Positions 38,059 to 47,263 are shown, counted from the stretch's first letter. The stretch is 59,043 bases of DNA from Clostridiales bacterium (GCA_012735145.1 JAAYIA010000004.1:1-59043); one strand, 5' to 3'. Translations and numbers: made by a program. The notes: generated by a model not told the origin, from the letters alone.

Positions 38059-38249
38059 AATATTCTCCTTTTCCAAAATACGACTTCTAAGTTAAAACAT
38101 ACATACTTGTTAATAACAACAAGTTCATATCAATCACACGTGATTATTTTATCAAAACATAAAATATGTGTCTATAGATTTTTGATATTTTGTATAATTG
38201 TATACAACTTTGCCGTCAATTATCAAATCCTTTTGTCTTTACTCTCCAA

Positions 38250-39287
38250 TTATAGGGACTTGACCGCTTTTATTAATGCCTCTGTCTCTTCATCAGTCGT
38301 TGCCCAAGAGGTGCAAAACCTTACAAGACCATGATTATCATCAACCCAATGGTCAAATTCAAATATAAATTCCCTGCTCAATGAATCCATAGCAGTCTTA
38401 GGAAGTGCGTAGAACAGCTGATTAGTGGTTCCTTTAATAAAAGGTGTGAAGCCGGCTTCTTCAAAGGCCTCTTGAATTCTGTCCGCTTTGCGTACAGCTG
38501 CTTCGGTAATATCAAAATACAAACCGTCTCTAAACTGCACAGAGTATTGCAACCCTATAAGCCATCCTTTTGCCAGAAGAGCTCCATTCATCTTCATGTA
38601 ATTTCTAAAGTCTTCATTAACTTCTGTACTTTTTATGACGACAGCCTCGCCGATAAAGTTCCCACATTTTGTGCCTCCAATATAGAATGCATCTGAAAGT
38701 CTGTGTATATCCTTGATAGTAAGATCGCAGTTTGATGCAGCAAGTCCGTATCCCAGTCTTGCTCCATCAACATATAAATATAAATCGTACTTATCACATA
38801 CCTCACGCAGAGCTTCAAGTTCTGCAAGAGAATATATAGTGCCAAATTCAGTCGGATAACTTATATAGACTGCCTTTGGATGGGTAATATGTTCGTATGT
38901 AGGTGAGTTATTGCAGTTTCTCATAAATTCATCCACTTGTGATGCGCTAAGTTTCCCATCAACACCCGGTACTGTTTCTACCTTGTGTCCTGTATTCTCA
39001 ACAGCTCCGGATTCATGAACAACAATATGTCCCGAATCAACAGAAATAACAGAATTAAATGGATGTCTCAACATTGCCGATAAAACAATGAAGTTCGTTT
39101 GCGTCCCTGCAACCAAAAAATGCACATTGGCATTCTTGTCTCCCACAACATTCTTAATGGTTGTCTCTGCTTCCTCACACCATTCATCTTTGCAATATCC
39201 GCCGTATGCATTGTTGTTATCCTCGGTTAACACCTTCAATATCTCCGGGTGCATGCCATGATTATAGTCGTTATTATAGCGAATCAT
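38250..39287 (-). CDS. PLP-dependent threonine aldolase / beta-eliminating lyase family enzyme
   Basis: 345 aa. N-terminus NNDYNHGMHPEIL...YGGY, plus LVAGTQTN and GGTKCG (candidate PLP-Lys). RBS GGAGGAG. Confidence 0.55.
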   Translation of the reverse strand: MIRYNNDYNHGMHPEILKVLTEDNNNAYGGYCKDEWCEEAETTIKNVVGDKNANVHFLVAGTQTNFIVLSAMLRHPFNSVISVDSGHIVVHESGAVENTGHKVETVPGVDGKLSASQVDEFMRNCNNSPTYEHITHPKAVYISYPTEFGTIYSLAELEALREVCDKYDLYLYVDGARLGYGLAASNCDLTIKDIHRLSDAFYIGGTKCGNFIGEAVVIKSTEVNEDFRNYMKMNGALLAKGWLIGLQYSVQFRDGLYFDITEAAVRKADRIQEAFEEAGFTPFIKGTTNQLFYALPKTAMDSLSREFIFEFDHWVDDNHGLVRFCTSWATTDEETEALIKAVKSL

Positions 39288-39454
39288 CTGTTATCTCCTC
39301 CTATTTCATATTCAGTTCAATGCATTAAACCAGATTGAGCTTTTTAATACCAACAATCGTACAAATTTCAGTTAATTATACCACAGGACAAACACCTTGA
39401 GACTGGTTTTAATGGTATAATAAAATACTAAAATTTATAGGATGGGCTGATATT

Positions 39455-42328
39455 ATGAATTCAAAAATTAAAATTAATGATAAAATATGCGGTTTTACAG
39501 TAACTGATATACAGGATGCATATGATGCAGGGGGCAGACTTCTGCGTATGGAGCACGAGCACACCGGTGCGCAGCTTTGCTGGATAGATAACGGAGAAGA
39601 AAATAAACTTTTTTCTGTAGGCTTTAAAACTCTCCCTGAGGACAGCACAGGAGTTTTTCATATTATTGAACACTCTGTCCTTTGCGGATCAGAGAAATTT
39701 CCTGTCAAAGAACCATTTGTAGAGCTCTTGAAATCATCTATGAATACTTTCCTTAATGCTATGACTTTTCCTGACAAGACTCTCTATCCTGTATCTAGCC
39801 GTGTCGAGCAGGATTATCTTAATTTGACCGAAGTATATCTCGACGCTGTTTTCAATCCCCTCATACTCAAAGACAGTAAAATTTTCTATCAGGAGGGTCA
39901 TCATATTGAAACAACCGGAGATATTCCTGAGTATAAAGGTGTTGTCTTCAATGAAATGAAAGGGGCTATGTCAGATGTTGACAGAGTTGCAGAAGAAGGA
40001 ATGAACAAGCTTCTCTTTCCAGATAACTGCTATCAATATAATTCAGGTGGTAACCCTGAGGCAATAACGGATCTTACATATGAAGATTTTATAGATGCCT
40101 ATAAAAAATCCTATCATCCATCAAATTCGTATTTCTATCTCGACGGAGATATTCCTCTTGAGAAAACTCTTGAGATGATAAACTCATATCTAATCCATTT
40201 TGACAAGTCAGAGAATCTTCCCGAGATTACAACACAGACTCCAGTAACAGGTAAGGGAACTATGCAATTCGATACCAATGATGATGATGCAAAGGCTGTG
40301 GTTTGTTTTGGTAAGATTATTTGCGGATGGGAAGACAGGTGCAAGGTGCTCGCCATGCATGTGCTTTGCGACTACCTTGCCGACTCGAACGAGTCGCCGC
40401 TCAAAAGAGCAGTCCTGTCTTCCGGTCTCGCTGAGGATATGGAAGTCTACCTTATAGATGGAATAGCTCAGCCATATCTTATGATGATGTTCAGAGGAAC
40501 CTCTCCGGATCATGCAGCCAAACTACAGGAAATCTCAGAGCAAACCGTTTCAGATATCATTAATCAAGGTATACCTCATGATTCATTGACTGCAATAGTC
40601 AACCAAATGGAATTCAGGCAGAGGCAGCTTCCGGAGCCACAGGGCCTGTATAGGGCCTCATATGCACTCTCTTCTTGGCTTTACGGTGGGGATCCTCTTC
40701 TTTATATCAAAACAGGAGAAGCCATTTCCGAGCTTCGAGAAGCAATCAATAATAACATTGTCAAAGATCTAGCACAGAATTATTTTGCAGATATGTCAGA
40801 TTTTTCCAAGCTATATCTAATCCCTTCATCTACACTCGGAGAAGAACGAGGTAAAGAAGAAAACGCAAAGCTTATCAAGACCTTGTCCGAAATGCCCTCG
40901 GAAGAGAAGATTGCCCTTGATAATATGAATGTAGAACTTGAAAAATGGCAACATGAACCTGATAGCGAATCGGCGATTGCCTCAATCCCAAGACTTCGAT
41001 TAGAAGAAATAGATAAAACAGTTAACTTCCCTACAACAAAAATCAGCGAAATATCCGGTGTCAAAATTCTGTATCACGATTTACCATCCAACGATGTAAT
41101 CTACCTTACCTGCTATTTCCCGCTGACGGATCTTTCTCTCGAAGAGCTCACCGTATTCTCGTTGATGGCGGAGCTTTATAGGGAGCTACCTACGGAAAAC
41201 TACGATGTGACAAGCCTTGCGAAAGAGATTAAGAAATATATAGGTTCTTTAAACTTTGATATTGACACTTATGCAAAAGACGACGACAGATCATCATGTA
41301 CTCCTTGTATCAAGGTACAAGCAGCTTTTCTCAAGGAAAATCTCGCCCAGGCGGAGAGCTTGATATATGAGATCCTCCTCAAGACTAAATTTGATGATTC
41401 GGAACGCATACGAGAACTTGTAACACAAATAGACGAGGAGGGCAAAAGATTTGCTGTCTCTTCTGGAAATCGCCTTGGTGCTCTTGTCGCACGCTCACAT
41501 TACTCATCAATGGCTGCTGTATCTGAAGCAACAGGAGGTTATACTTTCATACAATACCTCCATAAAATTAACCAGGATTTTGATGCCAAATTCAAAGAAT
41601 TTCAAGACCTTGTTACACATGTAAATAATTCTATAGGCAGACAAGGAATGGTATTGAGCATCACTTCATCTGAGGAAGTTGATTTGACCGATTTTATAAA
41701 TCGCTTTGCAGAGGGTTCAGACAAACCTATTGCAGCCCAATATACAACAACTCTTCCGGCGAAGGTTGGTATTGCCGTACCTTCATCGGTTTCACATGCC
41801 GTTATCGCCTATGACCTAATAAGGATGGGCATCAAAGCCGATGGCAGTCTTCATGTCGCAACAAGCATCGTCTCCTTTTCTTATCTTTGGAACGAAATCA
41901 GAGTAAAAGGTGGTGCCTACGGTGCATCAATGTCATCAAGCAGAAACGGCTCTCTTCTTTGTCACACCTACAGAGATCCCAGTCCTGCCAGATCGATTGA
42001 CAAATTTGCCAATATAGCTGCATTCATAGATGATTATGCAAATAATCCGGGAAACAGTCTTGATGGTTTCATCATATCAACATTATCCAACACAGATCCT
42101 CTCGTATCCCCGGGAATCAAAGGCAGGATAGCCGACGATTTCTATCTGTCAGGTCTCAGCAATGATTACAGAATTCGTTTACGCAATGATATGCTCGAAA
42201 CCACACCGGATACCCTAAGAAAATGGAGCGAAGCCTTCCGAAAGATCTCGGACGAAGGCAGCGTATGTATTGTGGGCAGCGAAGCGGAACTAAAGGAATG
42301 TGCAGGTTTGACCATATATAAACTATAG
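39455..42328 (+). CDS. M16C insulinase-family metallopeptidase (PreP/PqqL-like)
   Basis: 957 aa with the inverted zinc motif HIIEH, then SVLCGSEKFP and NAMTFPDKT. Confidence 0.85.
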   Translation: MNSKIKINDKICGFTVTDIQDAYDAGGRLLRMEHEHTGAQLCWIDNGEENKLFSVGFKTLPEDSTGVFHIIEHSVLCGSEKFPVKEPFVELLKSSMNTFLNAMTFPDKTLYPVSSRVEQDYLNLTEVYLDAVFNPLILKDSKIFYQEGHHIETTGDIPEYKGVVFNEMKGAMSDVDRVAEEGMNKLLFPDNCYQYNSGGNPEAITDLTYEDFIDAYKKSYHPSNSYFYLDGDIPLEKTLEMINSYLIHFDKSENLPEITTQTPVTGKGTMQFDTNDDDAKAVVCFGKIICGWEDRCKVLAMHVLCDYLADSNESPLKRAVLSSGLAEDMEVYLIDGIAQPYLMMMFRGTSPDHAAKLQEISEQTVSDIINQGIPHDSLTAIVNQMEFRQRQLPEPQGLYRASYALSSWLYGGDPLLYIKTGEAISELREAINNNIVKDLAQNYFADMSDFSKLYLIPSSTLGEERGKEENAKLIKTLSEMPSEEKIALDNMNVELEKWQHEPDSESAIASIPRLRLEEIDKTVNFPTTKISEISGVKILYHDLPSNDVIYLTCYFPLTDLSLEELTVFSLMAELYRELPTENYDVTSLAKEIKKYIGSLNFDIDTYAKDDDRSSCTPCIKVQAAFLKENLAQAESLIYEILLKTKFDDSERIRELVTQIDEEGKRFAVSSGNRLGALVARSHYSSMAAVSEATGGYTFIQYLHKINQDFDAKFKEFQDLVTHVNNSIGRQGMVLSITSSEEVDLTDFINRFAEGSDKPIAAQYTTTLPAKVGIAVPSSVSHAVIAYDLIRMGIKADGSLHVATSIVSFSYLWNEIRVKGGAYGASMSSSRNGSLLCHTYRDPSPARSIDKFANIAAFIDDYANNPGNSLDGFIISTLSNTDPLVSPGIKGRIADDFYLSGLSNDYRIRLRNDMLETTPDTLRKWSEAFRKISDEGSVCIVGSEAELKECAGLTIYKL

Positions 42329-42332
42329 TGCA

Positions 42333-42366
42333 AAGAGCCCATTGTCATTATAAACAATGGGCTCTT
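42333..42366. terminator. Strong palindromic hairpin directly after the M16 gene stop
   Basis: AAGAGCCCATTGT / ACAATGGGCTCTT, 13 bp with an 8-nt loop. The U-tracts are weak. Confidence 0.45.
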
Positions 42367-42385
42367 AATTTACATATAACATTAA

Positions 42386-42439
42386 CGACACTTGATTTTG
42401 AATAATCGAAAGATAAATTCAAAGCAAGTGTCGTTTTTC
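42386..42439 (+). terminator. Intrinsic terminator (plus strand)
   Basis: CGACACTTG ... CAAGTGTCG outer stem with an inner TGAAT/ATTCA stem, followed by TTTTT. Confidence 0.6.
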
Positions 42440-42458
42440 GTTAGATTATACTAATATA

Positions 42459-42707
42459 CTAAAGGCCTTTTGCCTTGTATATCTGAGTATAACTTCCATC
42501 TTCATTGCAAATCACCATAATCTCCATTTCGTCATGATCCGGATCAAACAGAGGCTCGGGTGCATTGTATCTAACACAAGTACCACAACTGCTGCTCAGA
42601 TTTCTTGGAACCGGCATAGTCCTTGCCTCATATCCCTTAGATCGGCATAGCCTCTCATATCTTATCGATCCAAAATGCATAAAGAATGTCGCTATATAAG
42701 TATTCAT
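42459..42707 (-). CDS. DUF3343 domain protein (putative Se/S carrier)
   Basis: 82 aa. It is the third gene of the yedE-yedF-DUF3343 arrangement. It carries the conserved N-terminal F...A...E..L....Y-like pattern and a C..C pair. Confidence 0.65.
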   Translation of the reverse strand: MNTYIATFFMHFGSIRYERLCRSKGYEARTMPVPRNLSSSCGTCVRYNAPEPLFDPDHDEMEIMVICNEDGSYTQIYKAKGL

Positions 42708-42722
42708 GGCATCACTATACCA

Positions 42723-42923
42723 TTACTTGGATATTTTGAGAAGGAATTCTCCATCTTTTTCCTCAACAGCAACTTTGTATCCTTGACTCTCTGCATAACG
42801 GGTTACATTCTCACGAGGTGTATTCGAATCTACAAGAACCTCATAATAATCCCCTTTGCTCTTCATAGCCTTCTGCGTCATGATGACAGGCGTTGGACAT
42901 GAAAGTCCTCTTGCATCAACCAT
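42723..42923 (-). CDS. yedF: TusA/YedF-family sulfur/selenium-transfer protein
   Basis: 66 aa with the active-site motif DARGLSCPTP. Confidence 0.85.
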   Translation of the reverse strand: MVDARGLSCPTPVIMTQKAMKSKGDYYEVLVDSNTPRENVTRYAESQGYKVAVEEKDGEFLLKISK

Positions 42924-42935
42924 AATAACCCTCCT

Positions 42936-44045
42936 CTATTTTGTTTCAGTCGCTACCTTAGCGTCCTGCCTTACATAAGTATTTACAACCCCAATAATTG
43001 CAACCACGATGATGCCGATGATAACTGCTGTCTTACCTGCAGGTGTAGGCCCTTCGCCACTTGCTGCCAATCCAAAGTTGTGGCAGAATGCAGCACCGAC
43101 CATAAGTCCAATAATCGTAACCGCACTGTCTGCACTTCCCTCACCGGACATAACCAGCTGTCTGAGCGGACATCCACCAAGCAACACGCATGCAAAACCT
43201 ACTAAGAGCATTCCAAGCGCATTCCACAGTCCGTCAGTATGTGCAACAGGTTGTCCCTCTATTCCTAAAACGAAGTAAGGTGTTCCTGTAACAGCACCCA
43301 AAACCAGATTCGTAACGAAAGCGGCAACAAGAATAGCTAGGAATCCTAGAATAAGTCTTGTTTCTCTAAAAAGAACCAAGTCCCTTATTCCGCCTACCAT
43401 ACAAAGTCTTGTCCTCTGAGCAAATACTCCAACAAAGAGTCCTGCCGCCAAAGATACTCCAACTGCTGCATGCATAGCACCCGGCCCCACGCCCTCTGCA
43501 GTGAAAGCGATATATGCCGGTTTAATAATAAGCAAAGCAAAGATTACAAGTTCAATTATAGGGAGAATATATCCTTCCGACTTTGTCAAGGTATATGTTC
43601 TCTTAAGAGAGTAGCCGTTCTTCAAGAAGAAAATTCCACAGAATATTCCGGCTGTAAATCCAACCAAGCCCGCAAGAGCATTCAAATCTCCGCCTGCAAG
43701 TCTTAGAATCATTCTATACGGGCATCCCAGGAACATAAGACATCCTACCATTGCAAAGAATCCAAGGACAAATCTTGTCATCGGAGCACTTCCACCTTGA
43801 GATCTGAACTCTTTCTTTGCAAATGCAGCGAGGAAAGCACCAATAACGATTCCAATAATCTCAGGTCTTATGTACTGAACCGGCGGAGCTTTATGCAATC
43901 CCAAGCCTCCGGCAGTGTCACGCAGGAAGCAAGCAATACAGAAGCCCATATTCTTAGGATTTCCGAAATACACAAGTGCTGCCGAAATAACACCTATCGC
44001 AAGGCCTACTATAGTCATCATGAGCTTGTCATTTTTCTTATTCAT
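42936..44045 (-). CDS. yedE: YedE-family putative selenium/sulfur-compound transporter
   Basis: 369 aa, polytopic, with conserved Cys-containing half-helices (GFCIACFLRD and RLCMVGGIRD). It is followed by yedF. Confidence 0.8.
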   Translation of the reverse strand: MNKKNDKLMMTIVGLAIGVISAALVYFGNPKNMGFCIACFLRDTAGGLGLHKAPPVQYIRPEIIGIVIGAFLAAFAKKEFRSQGGSAPMTRFVLGFFAMVGCLMFLGCPYRMILRLAGGDLNALAGLVGFTAGIFCGIFFLKNGYSLKRTYTLTKSEGYILPIIELVIFALLIIKPAYIAFTAEGVGPGAMHAAVGVSLAAGLFVGVFAQRTRLCMVGGIRDLVLFRETRLILGFLAILVAAFVTNLVLGAVTGTPYFVLGIEGQPVAHTDGLWNALGMLLVGFACVLLGGCPLRQLVMSGEGSADSAVTIIGLMVGAAFCHNFGLAASGEGPTPAGKTAVIIGIIVVAIIGVVNTYVRQDAKVATETK

Positions 44046-44189
44046 ATTTTTCCTCCATATTTTTATGAATTATGTAGTATTGACAAGGGAATAAAACCTA
44101 TTCCCATACTCATTTTACGACCCATACCGGCTCAACTCAAATAGAGTTTGTTAATACTTTCGCAATCTAATATATCAATTTTCAATACT

Positions 44190-44363
44190 CTATTTCTTGT
44201 TTACACTTTTAAGATTCACTTCCATTTTTGTCTCTTGCTCCACCGCGTGCTCTTCTTCAGCTTTTCTTAAAATTGCACCAAGTCCATGCAAAGCTTCAAA
44301 GGGTGCAAACTGCTTTGCTCTTTGTGAGTTGGGCATTTTTTGTCTCTTCTTATTTCGTTCCAT
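44190..44363 (-). CDS. YolD-like small protein (57 aa), not in the ORF track
   Basis: Hand translation gives MERNKKRQKMPNSQRAKQFAPFEALHGLGAILRKAEEEHAVEQETKMEVNLKSVNKK*. RBS GGGGGA lies 4 nt upstream, and the start is 10 nt after the polymerase stop. The FAPFEAL segment resembles the YolD-family core found next to Firmicutes Y-family polymerases. Confidence 0.45.
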   Translation of the reverse strand: MERNKKRQKMPNSQRAKQFAPFEALHGLGAILRKAEEEHAVEQETKMEVNLKSVNKK

Positions 44364-44372
44364 CAAATCCCC

Positions 44373-45749
44373 CTATTCCTTATGCCCTCCTATTTGCTTA
44401 TTTCTCTCCAAAGTCGTAGCAGCTTCCTCGAGATCCATCCCCTTGAATACGGCATTTTTGCCGTATTTGTCTCTTAGATAATTTACAGTTGTTTGTAATG
44501 CCTCATCTCTCTTGATACGAATATGAATCTCGGTTACAGGGTTTTGTAATCCTTCACTGCGTACGCGACCTGTTGTTTTGCCCTCTTTTCTTGCCTCTTC
44601 ATACTCAACCTCAAATATATTTATCTGCTTGTTAGCTCTGACATCCTTTATATCGTTAAAGTTTATATATACGCGCCTCACAGGATATTCTTCATTAACA
44701 ATTTTTCTGTATAGATCTGCCACTGCAGGTATGATAATTGTCGATGCATTCAACGGAATCGTAAATGAAACCGAACCTCTTACCATTGGGAGCTTAAGTG
44801 CATTGGAATACCCAATTGACATGGAAATATTTGCTGTTACCATACCAATTTTCGTCATTTCCAAACACATCTGCTCTGTCATCTCTTTGATGATGAGTTC
44901 TCCCTCGTCGTAGCTATAATCTCTCATCAGAACTTGTCCCCGTGAAATAGAACGACTTTTGTTTTTATAACCTTTGATATCAGCTATTGTTGTGGGCTCG
45001 ACTCCCCACGCATGATCAATCAGTAGCTCTGCATCGACCCCGAACATTTTATACATCAGGTCCTCATCAGCATAAGCTATTTCCCTCATAGTATAGATCC
45101 CGATTTTGGCAAGCTTGCGTGCCGTTCCCGGCCCGATTCTCCAAAAATCCGTAATTGGCTTATAGTCCCAGAGGGTATTTATATATGATTCCTGATTCAA
45201 ATCTCCTATAAAATTCGGTGAATGCTTTGCTGTTATATCAAGTGCAATTTTAGCAAGATACATGTTTGTTCCTATACCTGCCGTTGCCCTTACTCCTACC
45301 CTTTCAAGAACCTCTTTCATCAAAAACTCTGCCATTTCCTTGGGAGTAAAACCATACCCCTTCAGATATGCTGTTGCATCAATAAACACCTCATCTATTG
45401 AGTATACATGTATATCCTCTGGCGATACGTAGTCTAGATACACCTTATATATCCTTGCCGCATAGTCCATATAAAGCTGCATCCTCGGCGGAGCCATAAT
45501 ATATTTAAGGTGCTTGGGAATTTCAAATACCCTAGCTCTTCCGCTTACTCCTTGTGCCTTGAGGGAAGGGGAAACTGCAAGACAAATAGTTTTATCCGTC
45601 CTTGTCGGATCTGCCACCACAAGATCTGTTGTCATCGGATCTAAGCCTCTCTCCACGCATTCAACCGAAGCATAGAAAGACTTCAGGTCTATCGAAATAT
45701 AAACCCTACTCTCATCCGCAATATGATCTTTGTGTACATTGTTCTTCAT
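44373..45749 (-). CDS. Y-family (UmuC/UvrX/DinB-like) translesion DNA polymerase
   Basis: 458 aa with YISIDLKSFYASVE, the catalytic SIDEVFID and a little-finger region. Confidence 0.88.
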   Translation of the reverse strand: MKNNVHKDHIADESRVYISIDLKSFYASVECVERGLDPMTTDLVVADPTRTDKTICLAVSPSLKAQGVSGRARVFEIPKHLKYIMAPPRMQLYMDYAARIYKVYLDYVSPEDIHVYSIDEVFIDATAYLKGYGFTPKEMAEFLMKEVLERVGVRATAGIGTNMYLAKIALDITAKHSPNFIGDLNQESYINTLWDYKPITDFWRIGPGTARKLAKIGIYTMREIAYADEDLMYKMFGVDAELLIDHAWGVEPTTIADIKGYKNKSRSISRGQVLMRDYSYDEGELIIKEMTEQMCLEMTKIGMVTANISMSIGYSNALKLPMVRGSVSFTIPLNASTIIIPAVADLYRKIVNEEYPVRRVYINFNDIKDVRANKQINIFEVEYEEARKEGKTTGRVRSEGLQNPVTEIHIRIKRDEALQTTVNYLRDKYGKNAVFKGMDLEEAATTLERNKQIGGHKE

Positions 45750-45750
45750 A

Positions 45751-46482
45751 TTATAATGCTCTCTTGCGATATTCTCCCGGTGTCATTTCTTCAATGTTCG
45801 TAAAACTCTTTGTGAAGTAGCTCTGAGAACAGAAAGTCAAACGCTCTGCAATATCTGCAATCGTCAAATCGGTTTCTACAAGAAGCCTCTTGGCTTCGGC
45901 AATTCTTTCTCTTAATATAAATTCACTTATTGTAATCCCCAGCTCTTCTTTGAAAATTGCCGAAGCATAGGTTCTACTCAAATTAACCTCATCCGCAATT
46001 TGCACGAGCTCAATTTTTTCGTTAAGATGCTCCTCAATATAAGTCATCATTCTAGCCAATCTCAGTGAATGTTTTTTGCTCTTAAGTACATATCTGACCT
46101 TTACTGCAAAGTCATGAGCCATTCCGTGAACCAAATCATATAAATCAGGTAGAGAAACAGCATGTTCAAACTCCTTAACAAATTGATCTCTAATATCATA
46201 TGCGACCATATCAAGAAGCCCAGCCTGAATTGCAATCACACACATCTCCGAAGCTGCACATACTGATTCATAATGCATCTTACTCATTGCATCACTATAT
46301 GAACCGCATTTATTAAAAAGTGCCGTTGGATATTCGTAGTTTTGTTGTGACAGTTCAGATATCCTGCCTGCATTTCCCTCTTGAATAGCATCAAAATATT
46401 GCTTTTTCTTAATATACGGAAGATAAACATGATTTCGACGCGTGCGACTTAGAATAAGATTTATTGTTTGTTTGTTTGCCAT
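45751..46482 (-). CDS. AraC-family transcriptional regulator
   Basis: 243 aa with a C-terminal double HTH (LSRTYASAIFKEELGITISEF...IADIAERLTFCSQSYFTKSF). Its stop is 1 nt before the polymerase ATG. Confidence 0.85.
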   Translation of the reverse strand: MANKQTINLILSRTRRNHVYLPYIKKKQYFDAIQEGNAGRISELSQQNYEYPTALFNKCGSYSDAMSKMHYESVCAASEMCVIAIQAGLLDMVAYDIRDQFVKEFEHAVSLPDLYDLVHGMAHDFAVKVRYVLKSKKHSLRLARMMTYIEEHLNEKIELVQIADEVNLSRTYASAIFKEELGITISEFILRERIAEAKRLLVETDLTIADIAERLTFCSQSYFTKSFTNIEEMTPGEYRKRAL

Positions 46483-46591
46483 TTCTTTTTTTCTTGCTTA
46501 TTTATAATTAAATTAAGCTTTCTCCTAATTTTTTTATATTTTTCATAACAAAATTATAACATATTCATTTATTAAATCATATAATCAAGGT

Positions 46592-46769
46592 GCAATCAGT
46601 GTTTGCATGTAAACTTGTCGGTTCAGCCCGAGAGGGTATGTTTACAGGCAACACAGCCTATTCTCCTTTCTACGGGGAGAATAGGCAAACATACGATTAG
46701 CTAATAGTGCTTTGAGAAAACAGCTTTATTTGGATCATTCGGGGGGGCGATCGAGATAAAGCTTTTTTC
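46592..46769 (+). ncRNA. Candidate orphan small or structured RNA (class unknown)
   Basis: TATAAT at 46580-46585, with a weak -35 ATAACA 18 nt upstream. An 11-bp hairpin GCCTATTCTCC/GGAGAATAGGC is nested in GTATGTTT/AAACATAC. Alternative pairings exist (TGTAAAC/GTTTACA, TGTTTGC/GCAAACA). A plus-strand terminator AGCTTTATTT...AGATAAAGCT plus T6 lies at 46722-46768. There is no plus-strand gene downstream. Confidence 0.35.
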
Positions 46770-46773
46770 ATGC

Positions 46774-46799
46774 AAAAAAGGGAGTGGCTATCCACTACC
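46774..46799 (-). terminator. Weak terminator after the 46822-47247 ORF
   Basis: The minus strand reads AGTGGATAGCCACT, then CCC and TTTTTT. The stem is only 5 bp. Confidence 0.4.
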
Positions 46800-46821
46800 T
46801 TCTTGCTATATCCGACATATT

Positions 46822-47247
46822 CTATCTGTTCTTGGTATTACTTTGATGCTTTCCGTCTTTAATTCGTTTTATTCGCTTTATGCGTAATAGCGTAATCAGA
46901 AAAACCGTCAACACTCCCATAACTACAATTATTAAAATATCAATTTTCTTATTTATGACAAACAAGAATTCATTTTCGTAATCGCTATTTTTAAATTCTT
47001 CCTTTTTATCCTCTGCTTCTTCCCCCTCAATTTGACCAGAATTGGTCTGGCGATCTTCTTGCTTTCCGGCATCCAAGGCAACCGATTCATCTTCTATCGG
47101 TTGTTCTCCCGATTCAACAGACATTGAGGGAGATTTCGAATCTTCACCTTGCTCATTAGCCGCCAAAATTCCCACAGGAAACAATGATACAATTATTGAC
47201 AATATAAGTGTTATAAATGTTGCCCTGACAATCACAGATCTTTCCAT
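46822..47247 (-). CDS. Hypothetical acidic protein with an N-terminal signal/anchor and a C-terminal TM helix
   Basis: About 141 aa from the ATG at 47247 (the track start at 47286 is a TTG inside the GH25 gene). MERSVIVRATFITLILSIIVSLFPVGILAANEQGED..., a Glu-rich centre, and the C-terminal ILIIVVMGVLTVFLITLL-RIKRIKRIK. Confidence 0.5.
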   Translation of the reverse strand: MERSVIVRATFITLILSIIVSLFPVGILAANEQGEDSKSPSMSVESGEQPIEDESVALDAGKQEDRQTNSGQIEGEEAEDKKEEFKNSDYENEFLFVINKKIDILIIVVMGVLTVFLITLLRIKRIKRIKDGKHQSNTKNR

Positions 47248-47263
47248 TTTACTTTTTTGCAAC

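Noticed and set aside
44046-44189. A possible riboswitch or leader upstream of yedE (GGGAATA/TATTCCC hairpin, duplicated GTATGGG)
   Set aside because: There is only one short hairpin, no U-tract, no alternative pairing and no match to a known motif. The evidence is insufficient for a feature call.
46483-46600. A LexA/Cheo box (GAAC-N4-GTTC) controlling the Y-family polymerase operon
   Set aside because: No match was found by eye in the AraC upstream region or at the AraC-polymerase junction. The absence is reported as part of a finding rather than as a feature.
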